Positions 1 through 8,195 of a stretch of 51,577 bases of DNA are shown here, one piece after another; the first letter of the stretch is position 1; the number at the start of each line of letters is the position of its first letter. Where the stretch lies: NCBI GenBank assembly GCA_902795755.1, contig CADBMO010000058.1, forward strand, positions 1 through 51,577. The letters are read 5' to 3'. Origin of the DNA: an uncultured Erysipelotrichaceae bacterium (GTDB lineage Bacteria > Bacillota_I > Bacilli_A > RF39 > UBA660). A program made the translations under genes and the position numbers. The notes beneath the pieces were generated by a model. The model did not search any database. It had not been told where the DNA came from and was given only the letters and a program-made list of their open reading frames with translations.

Positions 1-129
1 AGCTCCAGAAAAAATACTAGAATCTAAGTCATTAATTTCTATTTCAGTTTTAAAATCTTTTATTTCGGCAACATACTTAAATAAATATTTACCAAAGAAA
101 TCAAATGTTTCATCTTTTTTCTTTTCCAT
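1..129 (-). CDS. hypothetical protein, first 43 codons only (runs off the left edge)
   Basis: ATG at 129-127 with GGGTGG 7 nt upstream. Frame is open to base 1 (MEKKKDETFDFFGKYLFKYVAEIKDF...). Missing from the ORF track only because it is truncated. Confidence 0.35.
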   Translation of the reverse strand, partial: MEKKKDETFDFFGKYLFKYVAEIKDFKTEIEINDLDSSIFSGA

Positions 130-218
130 TTGCAAAACCACCCATCTTTTTATATTCTTCAAGTTTTTTTCTTGAAGATGTTATATTATCATATAAACAA
201 CATCATGTCAATAGTTTT

Positions 219-1391
219 TTATTCATTATTATCTTCACCAACACTGGTCGAAGTTGTAGTTTCTTCAACGTTATACGAAGTAGTTTCATTATCATTTGAC
301 TCTGGAACAATTTTCTTTGGAATAACATATAAATCTATAGTTCTTACGTTACCGGTATTATACTCTTTTAATTTAAACCCTGTAGTGCTTTCTATAAAAG
401 ATATCCATTGGTCATTTACATCTTTTAACGCATCACTATTTTCATCAACGTAAAGTTCAAAACCATCATACCCTTCTAAATTATCAACAGCACTTTTATA
501 TTTATCATCTATTTTAACAAAATTTACATCAATTAAACTAGAATTCCCATTATTAGATACACAAAGATAACCATTTCTATAAACACACCTATGTTCATAA
601 CCTTGAAATTCCAATTCGTTGTTATCATCATATATAAATTGGTTATTATCATCAACTTTAGGGACCCATACGATTAAAGTATAATCTTTAGGCCTAGCAA
701 CACCTTTAGAAGACTCATTACGCCTTGTACTATCCTTACACATTTCGGTAATATGTAAAGTTTTAGTCTCTTTTGTTAAAGTATTTGTTATATGGGCACA
801 ATAAAAAAGATTTATACCATTGTCTTGAGCAGGTGCTGATATTTTATTAATTAACAAATCCCCACCATCCCATATGTCGCTAACATTTCTACTTATAAGA
901 TTATTAGATGAATCGTTAAAATAACCAATTTCATATTCTTTGTTATCATCATATAATGTTTGATATTTATCACAAGCTTTTTTAGTACCTATAGTAAACG
1001 AAATTTTAATATGATATTTTTTGTTTTCGTTTTCGTATTTTTTGCATCTGCCTGTATTTTCATCTCGTGTTTTGCAAAAGTTTTTAGGCCAATAAACCGT
1101 CCCAGTACTAGTTTGAATGGTAATTTTTTTATCACAATCAACGTTGTACCAGGTATCATCATCATATTGACATATATCATAATCCTGTGATTGCCCATAT
1201 TTTATTTGATCTTTAATTAATGTTTCATAAACTACAAAAGTATTACCGTTTACTATGTCATCATTGGAGGCGCCAACTATATCAACAGCTGAATCAAAAG
1301 ATGCTAGCACTACCATAGTAAATAAGGCAAATACTAATAAAAGAGAGTATAATACTGCACTAACTGCAAAACCTTTGTTATTTATTTTCAT
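219..1391 (-). CDS. Cys-rich secreted/surface protein with a pilin-like N-terminus
   Basis: 390-aa ORF. N-terminus MKINNKG|FAVSAVLYSLLLVFALFTMVVLA resembles a class III (prepilin) signal but lacks Glu5. Mature part is rich in Cys/Tyr/Asn/Asp. No family recognised. Confidence 0.6.
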   Translation of the reverse strand: MKINNKGFAVSAVLYSLLLVFALFTMVVLASFDSAVDIVGASNDDIVNGNTFVVYETLIKDQIKYGQSQDYDICQYDDDTWYNVDCDKKITIQTSTGTVYWPKNFCKTRDENTGRCKKYENENKKYHIKISFTIGTKKACDKYQTLYDDNKEYEIGYFNDSSNNLISRNVSDIWDGGDLLINKISAPAQDNGINLFYCAHITNTLTKETKTLHITEMCKDSTRRNESSKGVARPKDYTLIVWVPKVDDNNQFIYDDNNELEFQGYEHRCVYRNGYLCVSNNGNSSLIDVNFVKIDDKYKSAVDNLEGYDGFELYVDENSDALKDVNDQWISFIESTTGFKLKEYNTGNVRTIDLYVIPKKIVPESNDNETTSYNVEETTTSTSVGEDNNE

Positions 1392-1435
1392 ATGAATCCC
1401 CTACTCTATATAAATATATGATACCATAAAAACTT

Positions 1436-1466
1436 ATAAAAAACCATATTTATACTAAATATGGTT
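1436..1466 (-). terminator. rho-independent terminator after the ysxE-like gene
   Basis: Perfect 11-bp inverted repeat aaccatattta/taaatatggtt (1442-1452 / 1456-1466) with a 3-nt loop. On the minus strand it is followed by TTTTTT. Confidence 0.5.
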
Positions 1467-1508
1467 ACATTATTTTACATTTGAATATAATATAGTAAAG
1501 GTGATTTT

Positions 1509-1694
1509 ATGTTTAATAATATGTTTGGGGGTAAATTATTTAAGTATGTAATTATTATAATAGCGTTTGCATTCATTTGCTTTTACCAAGCGATACTTGC
1601 TCTTATAATATGTACAAGATTTCATATATTTCTTCTTTTTATAAACCTAATTATCCTTTTCTTCGGTATCTTTGGGCTTATTTTTCATAAATAA
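1509..1694 (+). CDS. small hydrophobic membrane protein (61 aa), hypothetical
   Basis: AAGGTGA RBS 5 nt before the ATG. Possible promoter GTTACA-16 nt-TATAAT at 1464-1491. Two predicted TM helices. The 3' end overlaps the convergent ysxE-like ORF, so it may be spurious. Confidence 0.3.
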   Translation: MFNNMFGGKLFKYVIIIIAFAFICFYQAILALIICTRFHIFLLFINLIILFFGIFGLIFHK

Positions 1695-2552
1695 ATCATT
1701 TACTTTATATAAATAATTACACAAATTATATACATCTTTGGTATTAGATATTTCAGCATCATTAAATTCTATTTTATCTGGTATATATAAAAGTGCAAAT
1801 AACAGTCTTTCTTCATCATTACTAAGTTTCATTTTTGAGTTATACTCTTTAAACAAAGCAATAAAATCAAAAGTATAATAATATTTTTTAAATAACATAA
1901 TAATATCATAAATACACATACCATCTTTAGAACTATCAAAACTTAATAGAATTTTATTTTCACCATTATTTATTTCGTGATCTAAAGATAAATTATTATG
2001 TAATAATACAAATCTTACTTTTCTATTATTACTTACGCTTTCATACCATTTTTTAATAACATTATTACTAAAATCAAGACAATTAAATATTAATGAACTA
2101 TTTCTTAATAACAAATAATTTGAAGGTGAATAATATAATTCATTTTCAATTTTATCTATTAAATTCATATAATAATCGTATGTATTCTTTATCTTAATAA
2201 TAATGTCTTCATATATTTCTTTTACTTCATCAGGTGATAATTCCTTATAATATGTTGTTTTACTATGTAATTGTATAAGTAGGTTTATTATATCTTTTAT
2301 TTTGTATTCATCTGGGTTCGTTATTGAATTTATTCTTTCATATACATATACATCATTATTATAATATGAAATATTAGGTACACTATTAAACCCCCTAGAT
2401 TTTAAATAATTATACTTTTCTATTATATTGTTTTTATTATGTTTTATGATATATGTTTTATTGCAATTTTTAAATGAAATAGAATTATTATTAAATACAA
2501 AACTATTTGAACCAGGAAAAATAGTATTTATACTAGATAATAAACTATTCAT
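1647..2552 (-). CDS. ysxE: CotS/YsxE-like spore-coat kinase-fold protein
   Basis: 301 aa, immediately downstream of a SpoVID-like gene as in B. subtilis spoVID-ysxE. Has an LLHNNLSLDHEINN segment where CotS-family proteins carry HxDxxxxN (the Asp is replaced here). Confidence 0.45.
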   Translation of the reverse strand: MNSLLSSINTIFPGSNSFVFNNNSISFKNCNKTYIIKHNKNNIIEKYNYLKSRGFNSVPNISYYNNDVYVYERINSITNPDEYKIKDIINLLIQLHSKTTYYKELSPDEVKEIYEDIIIKIKNTYDYYMNLIDKIENELYYSPSNYLLLRNSSLIFNCLDFSNNVIKKWYESVSNNRKVRFVLLHNNLSLDHEINNGENKILLSFDSSKDGMCIYDIIMLFKKYYYTFDFIALFKEYNSKMKLSNDEERLLFALLYIPDKIEFNDAEISNTKDVYNLCNYLYKVNDLFMKNKPKDTEEKDN

Positions 2553-3162
2553 TAGAAGGAATAATTAATTTACTACCTAACATAATGTTTGAGGTATCAT
2601 TGTATTCTTTTATTTTTTGAGTTGTTATATCATATTTTGCAGCAACATCATCTAATGTTTCGTTATTTCTAACAATATGTATTTTATAGGTACAATAATT
2701 ATCATCCATTGACATAACATCATTAATAGGTTTTGGTATATCTAAAACAGGTTCATTTATTTGTGGATCACTTTCTATTATTTTTATTTCTTCTTTAATA
2801 ACATCACCATTTCTAGCATCATTCTCTTCTTTTTTTAAATATGTTAAATTATCAACCAATACATCTATGTTTAATTTTAAAGTGTTGTCATTAATTATTT
2901 CATAATAAAAATTATCAATATCAATAGTTACTAGATTAGCATCATATTTATCATCCAATGTAATATCAATAGGTAATTTTTCCTCAAAAGTATCTGTTGT
3001 AATACTTATTTTATTTTTTTTGTATCTTCCTGATACAATAAATTCCCCTACTATGGAATCATTATTTAATAATTCTAATTTTTTATCAAGTGAAATACTA
3101 ATTATTTCAGCGATAGAATCATCAAATATAATATTTTTTTCAAATGGAATTGTTTGTTTCAT
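2545..3162 (-). CDS. spoVID: SpoVID/SipL-like spore coat morphogenetic protein with C-terminal LysM domain
   Basis: N-terminus (FDDSIAEIISISLDKK...) resembles the SpoVID N-domain. C-terminal YKIHIVRNNETLDDVAAKYDITTQKIKEYNDTSNIMLGSKLIIP is a LysM repeat. Synteny with the ysxE-like gene and lon. Confidence 0.55.
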   Translation of the reverse strand: MKQTIPFEKNIIFDDSIAEIISISLDKKLELLNNDSIVGEFIVSGRYKKNKISITTDTFEEKLPIDITLDDKYDANLVTIDIDNFYYEIINDNTLKLNIDVLVDNLTYLKKEENDARNGDVIKEEIKIIESDPQINEPVLDIPKPINDVMSMDDNYCTYKIHIVRNNETLDDVAAKYDITTQKIKEYNDTSNIMLGSKLIIPSNE

Positions 3163-3219
3163 AATATCTTCCTTTCATTAATATTTATGTACATAAATAA
3201 AAAATAGACTATTTAAAGT

Positions 3220-5550
3220 CTATTTTTTACTTTTAAATATATAATCAAATATTTCAGAATAGTTTGATACTAATTTAAAATCAATATTATCAACAACTTC
3301 TTTTGGAACATCTTCAATATCCTTTTCGTTATCAATAGGAATAAATATAGTTTTTATACCAGATTGATAAGCCCCCGTTGCTTTTTCCTTTAAACCACCT
3401 ATTGGTAACACTTTACCAGTTAAAGTGATTTCACCTGTCATGGCAATTGTACTATCTACCTTTTTATTAGTTAATAAACTTATTATTGCAGTAGTTAGTG
3501 CGGTACCCGCTGAAGGGCCTTCCTTTTTAACGGCAGTTTCAATAGCGTTAATATGAAGACAATTATCTTCTAATTTCGATAAATCTATCTTATATTTTTT
3601 TGCATGAGACTTTATATGACCAAGTGCTATTTGAACACTTTCTTTCATAACATCACCAAAGTTACCCGTTATTTTTATGTTATCTTTTGAAGGATACATA
3701 ACAACTTCAATTGGAAGTATATCACCTCCATATGATGTATATGCAAGGCCATTAACTACTCCTGAATCTTCCTTTGATAAAATATTATTATTTTGATACT
3801 TAATTTTACCTAAAAATTCATATAATTTTTTCTCAGTAATTTTTACCTTAATAGTATCTTTACCACTTTCCAACATTTTTTTAACGCATTTTCTAACAAT
3901 TCTATTAATAACACGTTCTAAATCACGAACTCCTGCTTCTTTAGTATAATTGTCTATTATTTTAATTATTACATCATCTTCAAATACTATGCTTTTTTCA
4001 TTTAAACCATATTCTTTTAAAGCAAGTGGTATTAAATGTTTTTTTGCAATTAACAATTTTTCATAATTAGTATAACTAGATAAATCAATTATTTCTAATC
4101 TATCTTTTAATTCTTCTGGAATATTTTCTACATAATTAGCCGTTAATATAAATAATACCTTTGATAAATCATACGCTTCTTCCACATAACTATCATAGAA
4201 TTTACTATTTTGCTCAGGGTCTAAAACCTCTAATAAAGCACTTGCAGGATCGCCTTTAATATCTTTGGTCATCTTATCTACTTCATCAATTAAGAATACT
4301 GGGTTATTAGCACCCGCTTTTTTCAAAGCGTTTATTATTCTACCTGGATTTGCTCCCATATAAGTTCTTCTATGGCCAATAATTTCAGTAGGGTCATTAA
4401 CTCCGCCAACACTTATTTTTACAAATTTTCTATTCATTGCATTCGCAATTGAAGATGCTAGTGATGTCTTACCTACCCCAGGAGGCCCAACTAAACACAT
4501 AATTGGTGCCCTGTTTGATACGCTTCTTGTTCTAACTGCCAAATACTCTATTATTCTTTCTTTAATATCTTCTAAACCATAATGTGATGCGTCTAATATT
4601 TCTTTAGCTTTCTTTAGATCACTTGAATCCTTAGTATAAGTATTCCAAGGTAAGTTTATTAATACATCTATATAATTTCTTATTATTCCCACTTCTGGAG
4701 ATGCCGATGGTGTTGATTCATATTTTTTTAACTCTCTATTTAATTTTTTAATAATACTTTTTGGAGCCTTTAGTTTATTAATCTTATTTTTTAACTCATC
4801 AACATCGTCATCTTTTGAAGAAATGTCACCTAATTCTTCTTTAATAATTCTAATTTTTTCTCTTAATATAAATTCTTTTTGTGATTTATCCAATCCCTTT
4901 TTTAAATTAGAATCTAATCTATTTTCTATCTCAAAAATATCTAATTCTTTTTGTATATCTTCAAGTAACATCATAACTCTAGTATGAGGGTTAGTAGTCA
5001 TTAAATAATCATGTTTTCTTTCAAAAGTTAACGGCATATAATTTGCAATTACATCTGCTAACTTAGAAACACTATTAATATCACTAATATTTGCTAAAAC
5101 ACTATTAGAAGCATACGAAACAGTATTAATATAATCTTCTAATTCTTGTTTTAATTTTCTAACTAAAGCAGCTTCATCTCTTGCTTCAATAGCATATTTA
5201 GTGGGTGGCTTAATAACTCCTGCAAATATATCTTCATAACCATTATATGATAAATAATCAGTTACTAAAGTTCTTTTCATGCCTTCTATAGTAATTCTTG
5301 TATTACCATTTGGAAGTGTATTTTTTTTAGTAATTTTTCCAATGATACCAAAAGATGGTAAATCTTTTATCTCAAGGCTTTCTTCTAAATAATCTCTAGG
5401 AGATACCAAAAGAACGTATCCACCATGATTATTATTTGCAACATCTATTATTTTCATGTCAAGTTCGTCGGTTAAATCTATTTTAAGTTCTGCATATGGC
5501 AAAACTATTATTCCTCTTAATAATATTACTGGTAAGTTTGTTTTTTCCAT
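3220..5550 (-). CDS. lon: ATP-dependent Lon protease (LonA type)
   Basis: Walker A GPPGVGKTS, catalytic GPSAG Ser and downstream Lys, N-terminal LON domain. Start moved to the ATG at 5550 (GGGAGGG RBS); the track ORF starts 5 codons upstream. Confidence 0.95.
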   Translation of the reverse strand: MEKTNLPVILLRGIIVLPYAELKIDLTDELDMKIIDVANNNHGGYVLLVSPRDYLEESLEIKDLPSFGIIGKITKKNTLPNGNTRITIEGMKRTLVTDYLSYNGYEDIFAGVIKPPTKYAIEARDEAALVRKLKQELEDYINTVSYASNSVLANISDINSVSKLADVIANYMPLTFERKHDYLMTTNPHTRVMMLLEDIQKELDIFEIENRLDSNLKKGLDKSQKEFILREKIRIIKEELGDISSKDDDVDELKNKINKLKAPKSIIKKLNRELKKYESTPSASPEVGIIRNYIDVLINLPWNTYTKDSSDLKKAKEILDASHYGLEDIKERIIEYLAVRTRSVSNRAPIMCLVGPPGVGKTSLASSIANAMNRKFVKISVGGVNDPTEIIGHRRTYMGANPGRIINALKKAGANNPVFLIDEVDKMTKDIKGDPASALLEVLDPEQNSKFYDSYVEEAYDLSKVLFILTANYVENIPEELKDRLEIIDLSSYTNYEKLLIAKKHLIPLALKEYGLNEKSIVFEDDVIIKIIDNYTKEAGVRDLERVINRIVRKCVKKMLESGKDTIKVKITEKKLYEFLGKIKYQNNNILSKEDSGVVNGLAYTSYGGDILPIEVVMYPSKDNIKITGNFGDVMKESVQIALGHIKSHAKKYKIDLSKLEDNCLHINAIETAVKKEGPSAGTALTTAIISLLTNKKVDSTIAMTGEITLTGKVLPIGGLKEKATGAYQSGIKTIFIPIDNEKDIEDVPKEVVDNIDFKLVSNYSEIFDYIFKSKK

Positions 5551-5591
5551 ATGACCCTCCCACATAAATAGTTAAATTAATTTTACTTTTT

Positions 5592-5619
5592 ATTATAAAC
5601 TATAGGGTTTAAAAGTCAA
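5592..5619 (-). promoter_or_regulatory. sigma-A type promoter for lon
   Basis: On the minus strand: TTGACT (5619-5614), 16-nt spacer, TATAAT (5597-5592). Confidence 0.5.
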
Positions 5620-5668
5620 GTAAATCAAATGAATTTTTAATTAAAAAAAGACATGTTGATGCCTTTAT

Positions 5669-6223
5669 TTAATTATATAATAATGGATCTTTATATAGTT
5701 GTTTAACAATACCATTATTTTTATCAGAATAAATGATTTCATCATTTAATAAAACAAGTATTTCTGTAGTTACCAAATACAATTTTATTGCGTATGATAA
5801 TGAGGTTTTTAACTCAAACAATTGCTTTTTCTTTATTAATTTGTTGCTTTCTAAATAAGTATGATATTTAACATATTCCTTAAAATAGTCTGCTATTAAT
5901 AATGCTTCACTAATTATTTTTTCATATTCAGAAGTTAGCAAAGAAAGATTAATATTAATAATAGATTGATAAATATCAAATGGCTTTTCTAAATTATGAA
6001 AATTCATTCTTTTAATACTTTCACATTCTGCAACGTTACCATTTAGATATTCTTCTCTTTTTTTCTTAAATACTAAACAACCATCTTTAAATAAATCAAT
6101 TTGATTATCAATGATATTAATGTTTTCTGATAAAGATTTTGTTTTATCTATAAGTATATCAACTTTTTTATATATAATATCTAAGATTATATTACTCATA
6201 TTCTCATAATCATTATATTTCAT
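5669..6223 (-). CDS. hypothetical helical protein, paralog of the upstream ORF
   Basis: Start set to the ATG at 6223 (GGTGA RBS, 5-nt spacer). About 184 aa, all-helical composition. Shares segment order with 6213..6767. Confidence 0.6.
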   Translation of the reverse strand: MKYNDYENMSNIILDIIYKKVDILIDKTKSLSENINIIDNQIDLFKDGCLVFKKKREEYLNGNVAECESIKRMNFHNLEKPFDIYQSIININLSLLTSEYEKIISEALLIADYFKEYVKYHTYLESNKLIKKKQLFELKTSLSYAIKLYLVTTEILVLLNDEIIYSDKNNGIVKQLYKDPLLYN

Positions 6224-6767
6224 GCGTATCACCAATAATATTACTATCATCATAATAATTATGAGTACTATTACATATAAGCTTTAAATTTAATGCTATA
6301 GTATATATACCAGAATAATTATTAATTGTGTTTATATATTTTTCATTAGTATTTTCAAATTTTTTTACTAAGTCGCACACTTCATCATCTGAAAGCTTAA
6401 TAGAAAACTTTTTAATTAAAGCAGATGTTGCATTAAGTGTTTGAGTAATATTTTTACATCTATTAATTATAACTTCAACTAAAGGATCGATGACATTTGC
6501 ATTAGTCTTAATAATTTCTGAATTAAAAATTAAAGGTATTTTATTATAATCAAAAATAATGTTTTTTGTATCTACCGATTCTGCAGCATTATTAATAAAT
6601 TCTTTTTTAAAAGATAAATACTTATCTCCAGCTTCTTTTAATTTATTACAGTCATCAACTAACTTATTTAAATATTCAACTAAACCACTAAAATTCCCAT
6701 TTAGCATTATAATTTCATTATCTATTTTTGATATGATAAACGATATTTTTTCATACATATCAATCAC
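6213..6767 (-). CDS. hypothetical helical protein, paralog of the downstream ORF
   Basis: 184-aa ORF that overlaps the next gene by 11 nt (translational coupling). No family recognised. Confidence 0.6.
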   Translation of the reverse strand: MIDMYEKISFIISKIDNEIIMLNGNFSGLVEYLNKLVDDCNKLKEAGDKYLSFKKEFINNAAESVDTKNIIFDYNKIPLIFNSEIIKTNANVIDPLVEVIINRCKNITQTLNATSALIKKFSIKLSDDEVCDLVKKFENTNEKYINTINNYSGIYTIALNLKLICNSTHNYYDDSNIIGDTHEI

Positions 6768-6830
6768 CCCTTAAATTTGCAACATATAATAGCATATGTT
6801 GTTTTTAAAGTCAATAAAAAAGAAGTATTA

Positions 6831-8096
6831 CTACTTCTTTAATAATTCAATTACTTTTTCAACTTTAACATCAAATTTTAACATTTCTAATCCACCAAAT
6901 GCTTTGATGTATTCTTCTTTATCAAGTCCGTGTTTCTTTGAGTTTTCTTCTGCTTTTTTCTCTGCTTCTTTATCAGTTGCAGTTATTTTTTCTTTATCAA
7001 TTATTTCTTCAATAACAAATCTTAGTTTTACTCTTTTTTCTGCTTCAGGATGCATTTGTGCTTCTAAAGCTTCAGCATTTGAGTTTGTAAATTGATAAAA
7101 TTGTTCTAAGGTAATTCCTTGCATTTTTAATCTTTCTTCGTATTCATGCATCATTCTATGAATTTCTTCATGAATAAGTTCATGAGGTATTTCAACGGTT
7201 GTTTGTTTTAATAATTCATCAAATAACGCATCAATATATTTATTATCAGCATCATATTCTCTTTGTTCTTTTAATGAATCTTTTATTGTTTTTTTAAACT
7301 CATCTACAGTTTTAACACCTTCCAAACCTAAATCTAGGAAGAATTCTTCATTTAATTCAGGATATACTTTAGTCTTAACTTCTTTAATAGTTACTTTGAA
7401 AACTACTTTCTTACCTTTTAAATCATCTTCAAAATAATCTTTTGGGAATGTTAAGTCAATATCTTTACTATCACCTTTTTTTAGTCCAATTAAAGCTTCT
7501 TCAAAGCCTGGTATAAATGATCCTGAACCAATTTCTAAAGAATAGTTTTCAGCTTTACCACCATCAAATGGTTTACCATCTTTAAAGCCTTCATAATCTA
7601 TTACGGCAACATCACCATTTTCAATCTTACCATCTTTTACCTCAAGGTCTGCATATTGTTTTTTTGCTTTTTCTATTTCTTCTTCAACATCTTTAGCTGT
7701 TACTTTAACAGTTTCTTTTTTTACACCTAGATTAGTATATTTTTTTATTTTTACTTCTGGTCTTGAAGTAAAAACAAATTTATAAGTAACGCTTTCTAAA
7801 TCAACTTTATCTATTGCAACAGAAGGTTGCATAATAGGTTCTCCCTTAAACTTTTCTAGTGCTTTTTTATATGCTTCATCTGCAGCCATATCAACTGCAT
7901 CTGGTAATAGAGCTTGTTTACCATATTTTCTTTCAAAAATCTCTCTAGGTACTTTTCCTTGCCTAAAACCATCTATTTTTACATTTTTAACAGCTTTATT
8001 AAAAGCTTTATCTAAAAATCCTTTCCAATCATCACCATCTATGGTAACTACTATTTCATGAATATTTTTTGCTTTCTTTTCTTTTTTTTCTGCCAT
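6831..8096 (-). CDS. tig: trigger factor (ribosome-associated PPIase chaperone)
   Basis: GFRQGKVPR ribosome-binding signature, FKBP-type middle domain, 421 aa. Confidence 0.95.
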   Translation of the reverse strand: MAEKKEKKAKNIHEIVVTIDGDDWKGFLDKAFNKAVKNVKIDGFRQGKVPREIFERKYGKQALLPDAVDMAADEAYKKALEKFKGEPIMQPSVAIDKVDLESVTYKFVFTSRPEVKIKKYTNLGVKKETVKVTAKDVEEEIEKAKKQYADLEVKDGKIENGDVAVIDYEGFKDGKPFDGGKAENYSLEIGSGSFIPGFEEALIGLKKGDSKDIDLTFPKDYFEDDLKGKKVVFKVTIKEVKTKVYPELNEEFFLDLGLEGVKTVDEFKKTIKDSLKEQREYDADNKYIDALFDELLKQTTVEIPHELIHEEIHRMMHEYEERLKMQGITLEQFYQFTNSNAEALEAQMHPEAEKRVKLRFVIEEIIDKEKITATDKEAEKKAEENSKKHGLDKEEYIKAFGGLEMLKFDVKVEKVIELLKK

Positions 8097-8195
8097 TATT
8101 TTTCCTCCTAAGTCTTAAGTATTATAACTTATTTATAAATCAAGTTCAAGTCTTTATTAAGAAAGTATTAACAAAATAGACAATCTATTGATTGC

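Noticed and set aside
105-453. Plus-strand ORFs 105..299 and 130..453 (64 and 107 aa).
   Set aside because: They are antisense to, or overlap, the well-supported 390-aa minus-strand gene and the truncated upstream gene. Their translations are Phe/Ser/Leu/Ile-rich low complexity, typical of shadow frames in AT-rich DNA. No RBS.
5551-5565. N-terminal extensions in the ORF track. Examples: Lon +5 codons, 8196..10859 +19, pilin +17, rpsU +8, yfhO +15, paralog C +23, gerM +4, trmR +5, yrrN-like +14.
   Set aside because: In each case an internal ATG is preceded by a good Shine-Dalgarno at 5-8 nt and yields the N-terminus expected for the family. The upstream codons often begin at GTG/TTG overlapping the RBS itself.
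5614-5630. AGTCAAGTAAATCAAAT upstream of lon, resembling a CtsR operator (GGTCAAAnAnGGTCAAA).
   Set aside because: The TCAA cores repeat with a 9-nt rather than 10-nt period and the second heptad matches poorly. The first half is simply the reverse complement of the lon -35 box (TTGACT).
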